Part shown: positions 31,101 through 38,236 of the stretch, in pieces
Numbering within the stretch: the stretch's first letter is position 1
How the letters are laid out: the number at the start of each line of letters is the position of its first letter
DNA from: a virus
Taxonomy: Duplodnaviria; Caudoviricetes
Direction: 5' to 3' (one strand)
Virus record (IMG/VR): IMGVR_UViG_3300020258_000013
Span: 1-39,715 of that record
DNA length: 39,715 nucleotides
The notes under the pieces: model-generated
What the model was told of the DNA's origin: nothing
The model's database searches: none
The model's input: only the letters and a program-made list of their open reading frames with translations
Made by a program: the position numbers and the translations under genes

Positions 31101-34100
31101 AACTCGGTTAAGCACCTACCACAGTCTACTCACACGTTCGTAAGAACTAAAACAAATTCTGTTTCGGTATATCCTTCTACAGGTAATGCCATGTGTGCTG
31201 GTGTTGAAACATCACTCACCACATACTACGGAATTGTTAACGACATCATTTCGGAAACAACACCTCCTGGTACTGTAACCAAGACAGTAGGAACCCTGTT
31301 TGAAACAGGTCCTATTACTACCGTACCAGATAACACAGTCTATGATCTCAATGGTCAAAGATTGACTATTCGTGCTGTAGCAGATGACCTCCCAATTATT
31401 GAGGCATCTCCATATACACAGAACGCTTCTGTTATCTCGTTCCTTGGTGGTTCTGGTGCTCTGATTGACGGTTCTAAGGTCAAGCAACCTAACTGTCCTT
31501 TCCCTGGTCTACTAGCAGACGGAAGTGCTAAGTTCCCCAACCAGGGTAAATCGATGGTTGCCTCGGCATTCACGATTGTATCCTTCGGTGGTGATGGATA
31601 CAAACTAGCGAACGATGGTTATGTTCAGTTGGTTTCGGTCTTCTGTATCTTCTGTGCCAACGGTGTTCTTGCTGAGTCTGGTGGTTACGCTTCTATCACC
31701 AACTCTGCTACAAACTTCGGTCTAAACGCCCTTAAGGCAACTGGATTTAGAGCAGAACCATACAGCTTTGACGCTGGTTACGAACTGAATGCTCAGTACA
31801 ATGAAGCATACATCAGTTCTTCTTCCCAGACGTTGGGTGGTAGAACACAGTTTGTTATCTCCGACCTTGGTAGAGCACCACTGGAGCACTACATCGTCAA
31901 GATCGAAGGTTACAGTCACCCAACCGAAGGTCTCTACTACTACGTAGATGCTGTCGAACTCCTCGGTGATGGTCCTCCATTCGCCGCTAGAGTTACCCTT
32001 GAGGATGGTACTGGTGGTGGTGTTGCTCTATTCAAGGAAGACGCCACAGGTCAAATTAGAAACGCCGAGTACCTTGCTCAACTTAACCCACAACCCAAGG
32101 CTGCTCTACACAGACCTTCTATCGTTAACTCTTCTTCCCACACTTGGGAATTCGCTGGATCTGGTGTTAACTACCTGGCACTACCTGAAAACGGTGGTAT
32201 CAAGACAGAAGCACTGGAACAGGTACAAGAGAACTACGGTCGTGTATATGTCTCTGGTACTGACGAACTGGGTGACTTCAAGGTTGGTACGTTCGCTAGA
32301 ATTGAAAACAGAACTGGTAACATCACCTTCACAGGTACGGTTTCGATCTCGGAAGTTGAATTCCTGAAACTGAAAGGCGGCGACGTTGTTGTTACTGGAT
32401 TCGACGCTAGCAACAACCTCGGTGGTGCTAACTCCTCTAACTCTAAACTACCTACTCAGAAGGCAGTTAGAGACTTCATCACCAACAACCTCGGTCCATA
32501 CATTAACAAGCCATACTCCACGAACGCTGTTCCTAGAGCACTGGTCGAACTAACTGATTCTGGTAAGATCAACATCGACCAGATTCCACCACTACGTCCT
32601 TTCAACGTTTTCACTGTTACTACTGAGTCACAGAGACTTGCTATTGAAGGTGCTCTTGCTGGTGACATCGTTATCCAGGAGAACATTCCTCCAGCAGCAT
32701 CTGAGACATTCATTCTTAACAACGACAACTATTCGTTGTTCCTTGGATTCCCAGTTGATCCTACCCTACAGTTCACTATCGGTGATGTCTTCACTGGTAG
32801 CACTTCTGGCGGTAAGATCCAATCCACTGAATACAGAGAAGGTGTTCTATTCCAGATCAACCTAACTGAAGGTGGTGCTGGATACACTTCCCCACCAGTT
32901 GTTACCATCACTGGAGGTAACCTCCAAGCAGGTGGTATCCACGGTGCTGCTGAAGCAACCGTTGCTAACGGTGAGGTTGTTAAGATTGAACTAATTCTCT
33001 TCAACGGATACACTGGTGGTAAAGGATATACTTCTCAACCAGAAATTCAGATTGCTGCTCCTACTGGCGGTGGCGCTAGTGCTGTTACGGCAGAAGCAGA
33101 AGGTCTGATTGAATCTAGACTCTATGGTCAAATCGTCAACAACGTTAAGATCGACGACAACGATTCGATCTTCTCCAGTGACGTTCCTGCTGAGACAATC
33201 AACCTAACCAGAGTTATTAACACATCTGCTGAGAATACTGCTAACTGGGTATCTCTATCCACAACTAATATCTCTGCTGATAACATCACGTCTGGTACGA
33301 TCTCCACAGAACGTTTGGGTACTAACGCTACCGCTGCTAACTCCTTCACGTTCCTAAGAGGCGACCAATCTTATGCTCTTGCTGTTCAGTCCCTGAAGGA
33401 ACCTGAACTCAGATACTTTGCTGTTGTCAAGACTCCTGTTGGTATTGACGCTAACGTTATTGCCTTTGAACTAGAACCTGCCCTGAAACCAGGACATGAA
33501 ATTACATCCATCACAACTGGTATCCAGGGTGGATCTAAGATTAGTTCTGTTGAAACTGACGGCAACACAACTACAGTCGTTATCGACCAACTAACAACTG
33601 CCTCAATCCCTGCTGGTACTGTTATCGAGTTCTTCCGAGGAGATTCACCAATCTTCTTCGACTCTACATATACGTCTGGTAACTTCATCGAACAGATCAT
33701 CATCGTAGATGGTGGTAGTGGTTTCGATAACGGATCTTACTTCAGTGTTCCTATCACTGGTGGTAACGGTAACAACCTAACAGTCAACATGGTTGTTTCT
33801 GACGTTGGTGTTGATCAAGGTGTTGTTACTAACGTTACTATCGTTAACGGTGGCGACGGATACGACACTGACTTCACCGTCACAGACTTCCCTGCTGATA
33901 TCGGTAACGGTACTGGTTTGATCATGCTTGCTAAGAGAAGCACGATCAACAAACAGTATGCTAACGTCACCATCGACATCAACAGAGTTGAAGGTAACAC
34001 CCAGTTTGGTTCACAAGACTACTCTTCTCTTGGTGTTGCTAGATTCAAGCAAGGCGACTTCACCTTCGGTCCTAACGGTGCTATTGGTATCTACCAGGGT

Positions 34101-36725
34101 TCTGACTCTGGTCTTGACGCTGACCTTCTTGATAACAAGGACAGCTCCTTCTTCAGAAATGCTAGTAACCTAGAATCTGGTACTGTACCTAGAGACAGAC
34201 TTTCTGGTTCCTACAACATCTCCGTTGAACTATCCTCTGGATCTACAGGTCTACTTGACACCGATCTAGGTAACGTCAACGGTAACCCACCTGCTTATCT
34301 GTATAAGACTGGTGTTACCGCCTTCACCAGATCTAATGGTTCTGACGGTCTAACCAGCGCCATGGCGGCAGGTAACTATCACGGTGTTCTGACCTACAGA
34401 CAGGGTGGTAATGGTAACGACTCCACATATGGTGGTGTTAGACAGTTGGCATTCACGGACAACAATAAGTTATTCCTCCGTGGTTCTGGTTCTTCTGTTG
34501 ATACAGAAACCACCGACTGGACTGAGTGGTATGAAGTTTGGACTTCTGGTAATGACGGTCCTGATACTGGCATGGACTCCGACAAGTTGGATTCCAAGCA
34601 AGGTCTCTTCTACCAGAATGCTTATAACCAGCAAGCAGGTAGATTCCATGATAGGCACATGCCTACCTTCCAGTTTGCTAAGGACTTCAGAAAGAGTATC
34701 AGAATTCTTGATACTGGTTCTGCTTCTACACCTAACATCCGTTGGGCAGTATATATCCAGAACAGTGTAACCACCAGTAACATCGGTGCCTTCTCTGTAT
34801 CTCCATGGCAGATCGGTACTCAAGTTAACATCTACCGTCCAAATGAAACTGAGACTGGTAAGATGACCATCGGATTCATTGAGGTCAATAACGACACCAA
34901 TGAACCTAGCAACAACTACGTTATTGTCCACGGTACTCAGACAGTTGGTGCTGGTGAGCAAATGTTCACCGAAGGCATCAAGATTGGTTCTAACTTCGCT
35001 ACTGCTGTAACGTATCAAAACTGGACTCTATCTGATAGAGATCCTAACAACAACGGCAGACCTGATGGTACATATGAAGTTGCCTCTCTATATGGAGACA
35101 ACGGTGTAGGTATCCTAAGTCTTGGTAGAGACGGTGTTGATACTGCTCCTGCCATCTACTTCAGAACCAGTGCTACTGGAGCACCTACTGCTAACGCTGC
35201 TATCGTTGCTACAGGCACACAGTCCTCTAACTACAGTGCTGCTCTTAACGTCAAGGTTGCTGACGCTAACTCCTTCAAGGTCAACAGTTCGGTTGTCTGG
35301 AACGCTCAGAACGTTGACTTCCATTCCGATGGAACAACACCTACTCTAGATGCTCAAGGTAATATTACCAAGAGAGCAGCAGTAATGCTCGATGCTAACG
35401 GCGATTTCGTCGCTAACTCCATCACTGCTGACTTGACTGGTCAAGCATCTGAGAACGTTCTCAAGACTGGCGATACGATGGAGGGAACCCTCTTCATCAG
35501 TGGTATCGCTGCTGCTAACCAGGCACTGAGTGTATCTGGTAGAGCAGACTTCCTCGCCGCTGTAAACGTCGGTGCTGACCTGAAAGTTAACGAGGGTACT
35601 GGTACTGCTACATTCGTCGCTGATAGCGCCAACAACAATGTATTGATTGGTACTAACAACAGCGTCTCTGCTGCCAAACTACTGATCGTAGAGCAAGCAG
35701 ATAAGGATGCTCTCTTTAGAATGTATTCTGCCAACGCTAGCCGTGATGCTCGTATCCAACTTCTTGGTCAGGGTGGAGATCCTAGTGTCGAAGGTCTTGA
35801 AATTCAGTATGATAATGACACTGGTGAAGTCTTCTTCAAGCAACTCTTTAGTGGAATTACCACCACTAAGGCAATGGTATTCAACACTGCTAACTTCACT
35901 GATGCCCTGACGATTACTGGTAACGGTAACGTTGGTATCAACAAAGTTGCTGATGATGCTGTCGAACTTGATATCGCTGGTGATGCTAGAGTCGAGACCA
36001 GTTTCCAAGTTGGTCTTGCCAACTCCAACGCTGGTGCTCCTATCATCTTCGCTGGTGCTACTGGTGCTGAGACATCTCCTGGATCTGGTGCTTACCTCTC
36101 TAACTTCAGAATTGGTAACCAGATGATTGGTGGTGACGTATTTGAGATTACCGCTAACGACGGTACTCAAGGTTCACTAACCTGGAAGTCTACTCCTGCC
36201 CTTGCTATTCAAGGTACTACGAACAGAGTTGCTATTAACACTGATCAGTTTGGTGGAACAGATACTACCGTAACGCCAAACGAAGCACGTGTATATGCCT
36301 TGAATATTGGTGGAGACATCAACATTAATGGTAAGGTATACCAAGACAACGCTGAGTTTGTTACCTCACGTTGGACTGAAGCTGATAATGAACTAGATAT
36401 CTACAGAGCATCTAAGGTTTGGATCAATGCTGATCCTACTGCTTCTGCCTTCACTGGCAACCCAGACTATGCCCTACAGGTATCTGGATCTCTTGGAATC
36501 AATGGTACTACACTCAACGCTGATGGATCCAGCGATGACGTAATGTATGTCAACGGCGATAAATTGTTCGTTGATAAGTTCGGCGTATTCAAGACAAACA
36601 GAAATGTAATTGACTACGATGTCACGATTCCTGCTAATACAAATGCTGTTAGTGCTGGTCCTTTGACTATAAATAGTTCCACGGTAGTTACTATCGCTAA
36701 CGGAAGTTCCTGGTCGGTTGTATAA
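25188..36725 (+). CDS. Giant tail fibre / virion structural protein (3845 aa)
   Basis: Split pectin-lyase-like beta-helix (GNDANDG...RTIKKG...GGNYEEDNPISIP...VVGDNLR and SPYTQN...QLVSVF...SITNSATNFG); 8 FTCxxD repeats; two KCRRDI helical units; GLDADLLD fibre motifs; VLKTGDTMEG; GNGNVGIN; C-terminal TIPANTNAVSAGPLTI...WSVV. Confidence 0.85.
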   Translation: MSFQFNSDKERIRGVNPTIYGENSILFRAGVGSNEKEVFRAQLDATTGGGRVGINRTGRRVERIDVDLGGTGYVQAPSVLVAEPDLPGGIRALASAELTAGSVTRILVEDPGDGYSQPPVVTITGATGAGASATAVLDTVDYELDINGAIRTSTSIISDTARILNLDIDNFVTSNAQFRAPNLKNYQNGGGTPWQAETLVPKNAYRYYNIYVYQAMNVGTTGTQPPTHADGTELNGTVQFKHIGIRESLPDADFFGETGDSGIFPRSITPLLGDRSDAIATTEYVLNLATNDVGGRIYVSEQIGNDANDGRSPVNPVRTIKKGCQLAWETPGVKETIIIAGGNYEEDNPISIPPDASVVGDNLRLVIIRPKNERKHIFKFGDKNYVIGVTYRDAIDSLGDSQFTWDYAMVFDDKQRVVLDTTAGGNFDLPFPIGHQVFGADRFRARFTENGGLTNLQVGQKIFGVNSLSVGTVYAVTFDITDLSNGFHHLAGEFDFTVDFGTFNIGETFRYGGPGTTEYKTNVDLNVGDLVWNLGEEVYEVTVAGTSGTSAPTHDTGAEDATGGTAEFTYLRDAYSLIANDIRSIRSEGEVVFENDADLEGEPTNSITRIDFSLAGSGTLGGFGEPSTGVNGPVEDNGGIVIYTNPLTGRQGIHDFKEGEEIFISGLIADGGAEDLSWLNGYQRIYKVLEDADGRARRFIIPKKVPVIGGVPQFTASDYDPGTNARVTTASRNVTFTLLNSPQKFAVSPPVARRFQDACLQIRNNIDYIADEVVGKVNDQFQKDHYAVYDIGGTPSSQFTPTDVDYNPSTGEAVFTVANHGLSIGDGVKIEDGSITFVCGMDNYATEHKAPLSHHYSSGKSLPILAADTNTFTLNVGASGPDKYFTPTNVTYNPATGDAVLTVGEHGLSEGEGIVIDQESLGFTCTMDNNDSVKYYPRLGHDKYAARSIPIKSVTQTEITINVGKSKLDQYFTPSAATYDAATGDLTVTVGQHGLAVGKGIVLEDESFTFTCDQNNHQTTHQYPRAGIDPYAGKSIPITAVGSTQHTVTDATYNPANGEIVLTVPSHGFTQGDWVLVEDGSLVFTCDLDGNSTQKAYPKANYDWASKRWLQISEVLPNSFKITIDEDSWGDYTGNHTFVSAATNGLLRQDGTFTINVGDAGSATGSNHLFVSAATNAMRHTPQVAHTFVSAASNCVKHLPQSPHQFVRSAPNSLSIGGGEFKIYLGQTGYVHTYVSGGTVTFGGNSYNITNFVYDNVVTGEATITTATSIVGLANDSIVKLDDILVECNIGGTVTQKLYPSFSIPVSDTKCRRDIGHFINAILRDLEYGSNYNTIDAAKKYISAGQVDFVDYEIIQTVRAFEYTRELMNYAMCKWRTGTGAPGQPQYTSQYTSLPQYIDISVIDDDDPIACDDVRSAISTLAYLFVDVITNDSSGTTLDAAYLIARNRDFIADEAYGKTKSVYPTLNLNDIDERKCRRDINKVIDAVLKDLVLGGNTASVEAGESYFTGTTLTGLPPSEVGPTLYTFETARDLSILAMRNWKTGGGNGAVYNPAHSPIPQFTDSTILVDPDGTPTSQWTPTGATYDPATGEFIMVIPSNTITTNDVIRLDLESFVFTCAMDGNATEHALPGAYQLAGTQARPVTNVSGSNVTINVGASGPDQLFTPTDVTYNPQTGDMVLTIATEQDPHTLSIGEGIVLEPNAFSFTCAMDNHDSTKTYPRPGIDPFASRSIKIKDTTDTTITLNVGNAGQNKYFTPSAASYNPSTGDMTVTVGQHGLGVGRSVVLDDLSFTFTCALDGNQSTHQYPRPGTDPYAGKSIAITNVGFTNHTPTNVTYNASTGVVQFTIGGHGFANGDYIKIDDGSLDFTCVLDGNTVAKSYPRAGYDYPSGRWMKISNVTNNTFDINVGPSDYDGTHTFVSADANSVKRQDGTFTINVGTSSDTSVHTFVSATTNAIKFLPQSAHTFVSAAANSVKHLPQSTHTFVRTKTNSVSVYPSTGNAMCAGVETSLTTYYGIVNDIISETTPPGTVTKTVGTLFETGPITTVPDNTVYDLNGQRLTIRAVADDLPIIEASPYTQNASVISFLGGSGALIDGSKVKQPNCPFPGLLADGSAKFPNQGKSMVASAFTIVSFGGDGYKLANDGYVQLVSVFCIFCANGVLAESGGYASITNSATNFGLNALKATGFRAEPYSFDAGYELNAQYNEAYISSSSQTLGGRTQFVISDLGRAPLEHYIVKIEGYSHPTEGLYYYVDAVELLGDGPPFAARVTLEDGTGGGVALFKEDATGQIRNAEYLAQLNPQPKAALHRPSIVNSSSHTWEFAGSGVNYLALPENGGIKTEALEQVQENYGRVYVSGTDELGDFKVGTFARIENRTGNITFTGTVSISEVEFLKLKGGDVVVTGFDASNNLGGANSSNSKLPTQKAVRDFITNNLGPYINKPYSTNAVPRALVELTDSGKINIDQIPPLRPFNVFTVTTESQRLAIEGALAGDIVIQENIPPAASETFILNNDNYSLFLGFPVDPTLQFTIGDVFTGSTSGGKIQSTEYREGVLFQINLTEGGAGYTSPPVVTITGGNLQAGGIHGAAEATVANGEVVKIELILFNGYTGGKGYTSQPEIQIAAPTGGGASAVTAEAEGLIESRLYGQIVNNVKIDDNDSIFSSDVPAETINLTRVINTSAENTANWVSLSTTNISADNITSGTISTERLGTNATAANSFTFLRGDQSYALAVQSLKEPELRYFAVVKTPVGIDANVIAFELEPALKPGHEITSITTGIQGGSKISSVETDGNTTTVVIDQLTTASIPAGTVIEFFRGDSPIFFDSTYTSGNFIEQIIIVDGGSGFDNGSYFSVPITGGNGNNLTVNMVVSDVGVDQGVVTNVTIVNGGDGYDTDFTVTDFPADIGNGTGLIMLAKRSTINKQYANVTIDINRVEGNTQFGSQDYSSLGVARFKQGDFTFGPNGAIGIYQGSDSGLDADLLDNKDSSFFRNASNLESGTVPRDRLSGSYNISVELSSGSTGLLDTDLGNVNGNPPAYLYKTGVTAFTRSNGSDGLTSAMAAGNYHGVLTYRQGGNGNDSTYGGVRQLAFTDNNKLFLRGSGSSVDTETTDWTEWYEVWTSGNDGPDTGMDSDKLDSKQGLFYQNAYNQQAGRFHDRHMPTFQFAKDFRKSIRILDTGSASTPNIRWAVYIQNSVTTSNIGAFSVSPWQIGTQVNIYRPNETETGKMTIGFIEVNNDTNEPSNNYVIVHGTQTVGAGEQMFTEGIKIGSNFATAVTYQNWTLSDRDPNNNGRPDGTYEVASLYGDNGVGILSLGRDGVDTAPAIYFRTSATGAPTANAAIVATGTQSSNYSAALNVKVADANSFKVNSSVVWNAQNVDFHSDGTTPTLDAQGNITKRAAVMLDANGDFVANSITADLTGQASENVLKTGDTMEGTLFISGIAAANQALSVSGRADFLAAVNVGADLKVNEGTGTATFVADSANNNVLIGTNNSVSAAKLLIVEQADKDALFRMYSANASRDARIQLLGQGGDPSVEGLEIQYDNDTGEVFFKQLFSGITTTKAMVFNTANFTDALTITGNGNVGINKVADDAVELDIAGDARVETSFQVGLANSNAGAPIIFAGATGAETSPGSGAYLSNFRIGNQMIGGDVFEITANDGTQGSLTWKSTPALAIQGTTNRVAINTDQFGGTDTTVTPNEARVYALNIGGDININGKVYQDNAEFVTSRWTEADNELDIYRASKVWINADPTASAFTGNPDYALQVSGSLGINGTTLNADGSSDDVMYVNGDKLFVDKFGVFKTNRNVIDYDVTIPANTNAVSAGPLTINSSTVVTIANGSSWSVV
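27579..28832 (+). repeat. Repeat block 1: four ~85-100-aa TPT..Y.P.TG...HG...FTC..D...YP units followed by four HxFV(S/R) closers
   Basis: Read directly from the translation. Confidence 0.9.
29916..31172 (+). repeat. Repeat block 2: paralogous duplicate of block 1 with the same four-unit order
   Basis: Unit-by-unit correspondence with block 1, e.g. YFTPSAA.Y...TGD.TVTVGQHGL.VG...THQYPR.G.DPYAGKSI.IT.VG and RQDGTFTINVG...KHLPQS.H.FVR. Confidence 0.9.
36668..36675 (+). promoter_or_regulatory. T4-type late promoter TATAAATA inside the 3' end of the giant fibre gene
   Basis: Exact consensus 54 nt upstream of the ATG at 36729. Confidence 0.75.
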
Positions 36726-36728
36726 AAA

Positions 36729-37478
36729 ATGAGTACAATTTTTGTAAACAACATACAAGCGTCGTCTGGCAACCAAGTCGTTATTCCAGCGGGTCATTCA
36801 TTATTGTTGGGGGGAACTCCCTTAGATAGTTCCTCCTTGATGCCCAACCCATCTGGACAAGGCGGACTTGGTGTTGCTAGTGACGGCACTAGTTATGTGT
36901 TTAATTCCTATGGTGCTAAAGGCATCATTACCTTCACGTCTAACTCCACTTATTTCCCATCTTCTGGTACTAAATTAGTATACGTAAGAGTTGTGGCTGC
37001 TGGTGGTGGAGGTAGCGGATACGCTGAGAGTGGTGGAGCTGGAGGATTTGCCGAAGGTTTCTTTAGCATGATTGGTGTAGGATCTGTCGGCGTCACCATA
37101 GGTACAGGTGGAGGTCCAACTTATTATTCTGGTGGTGCTGCTAGTGGAACAGCGTCCTCATTCGGATCTTATATTACTTGTACTGGAGGCAACGGAGCAA
37201 ATTCAAATCACCAACACTGTGGTGGTCTTCCTGGATTAGGTTCTGGTGGTCAAGTAAATCTATATGGTGGAGGAGGAACTGGTCACGGACACAATGGTCG
37301 TGGTGGTTCTTCTCACTTTGGCGGTAGTAATGGATGTGGTCACCCACAAGCAGGAGCATATGCTCCTAACCATCAAACTCATGGATCTTATGGTGGCGGT
37401 GGTGCTAATGGATGGGGTGGTTCTTACACTGGTGCTAAAGGCGTCGGTGGTTGTGTAGTAGTAATGGAGTACGGTTGA
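36729..37478 (+). CDS. Glycine-rich fibre-tip/adhesin-like protein, paralog 1 (249 aa)
   Basis: MSTIFVNNI N-terminus; FTSNSTYFP...VRVVAAGGGGSG...GGAGG...HQHCGGLPGLGSGG...GHPQ...G.GGCVVVMEY, the typical layout of phage Gly-rich domains. Confidence 0.8.
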   Translation: MSTIFVNNIQASSGNQVVIPAGHSLLLGGTPLDSSSLMPNPSGQGGLGVASDGTSYVFNSYGAKGIITFTSNSTYFPSSGTKLVYVRVVAAGGGGSGYAESGGAGGFAEGFFSMIGVGSVGVTIGTGGGPTYYSGGAASGTASSFGSYITCTGGNGANSNHQHCGGLPGLGSGGQVNLYGGGGTGHGHNGRGGSSHFGGSNGCGHPQAGAYAPNHQTHGSYGGGGANGWGGSYTGAKGVGGCVVVMEYG

Positions 37479-38236
37479 TGTCTATTTTAAGAGTAAACGA
37501 AATTCGTCCACAAAATGGAACGTCAGTTAGTATCCCTTCTGGACATTCTCTTGTTCTGGGATCCACACCACTGACATCGGCAAATATTATGCCCGACCCA
37601 ACTGGTCAGGCTGGAAAAATTCTGGTTAGTGATGGTTCTGACCTACAATGGACTTCTGTAGGACCAACAGGTATTACTGTATTCACGTCATCAGCTACTT
37701 GGATTAAACCAGCTGGCGTGTCCAAGATTTATGTACGCCTAGTTGGCGGCGGTGGCGCTGGTTCTGGTGTTGGTGAGACTGGTGCTGCTGGTGGTTATTC
37801 CGAGAGACTAATTGATGTTAGTGGAGTTTCTCAAGTATCCGTTACTATTGGACTAGGATCTACAAGTCCTACATATTATTCTGGCGCTGCTGGTGGAGGA
37901 ACATCTTCATCATTCGGAAGTTACATGACTTGTACTGGTGGTGGCGGTGGAAACCAAAGTCATCAACACTGTGGCGGTCTTCCTGGATTAGGTTCTGGCG
38001 GAGACTTCAATCAGTATGGCGGTGGTGGTAGCGGTCACGAATACTATTCTGGTGTTACTGGAGGTGCCTCTTATTGGGGAGGATCTGGTGCTAGTGGTCA
38101 CCCACAAGGAGGTCAGTATTCTGCCAACCACCAGACTCATGCTGCTCCTGGAGCAGGTGGATCTGCTGGTTATCACACATCTTATGTTGGTGCTGTTGGT
38201 CGTGATGGTATCTGTGTTATTTGGGAGTTTAAGTAA
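37478..38236 (+). CDS. Glycine-rich fibre-tip/adhesin-like protein, paralog 2 (252 aa)
   Basis: True start is the ATG at 37478 (TGATG overlap; GGAG at 37466-37469; MSILRVNEI aligns with the paralog N-termini). FTSSATWIKPAGVSKIYVRLVGGGGAG...GICVIWEF. Confidence 0.8.
   Translation: MSILRVNEIRPQNGTSVSIPSGHSLVLGSTPLTSANIMPDPTGQAGKILVSDGSDLQWTSVGPTGITVFTSSATWIKPAGVSKIYVRLVGGGGAGSGVGETGAAGGYSERLIDVSGVSQVSVTIGLGSTSPTYYSGAAGGGTSSSFGSYMTCTGGGGGNQSHQHCGGLPGLGSGGDFNQYGGGGSGHEYYSGVTGGASYWGGSGASGHPQGGQYSANHQTHAAPGAGGSAGYHTSYVGAVGRDGICVIWEFK

Noticed and set aside
27579-31172. CRISPR-like or non-coding repeat array
   Set aside because: The repeats are in-frame, degenerate at third codon positions, and conserved at the protein level.
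734-36725. Inteins, introns or homing endonucleases explaining the giant ORFs
   Set aside because: No LAGLIDADG, HNH, GIY-YIG or intein splice-junction motifs were recognised by eye. The size is accounted for by structural repeats.
37451-37477. Upstream TTG start for paralog 2 (261 aa in the ORF track)
   Set aside because: The ATG at 37478 overlaps the previous stop, has a GGAG SD, and aligns with the N-termini of both paralogs.
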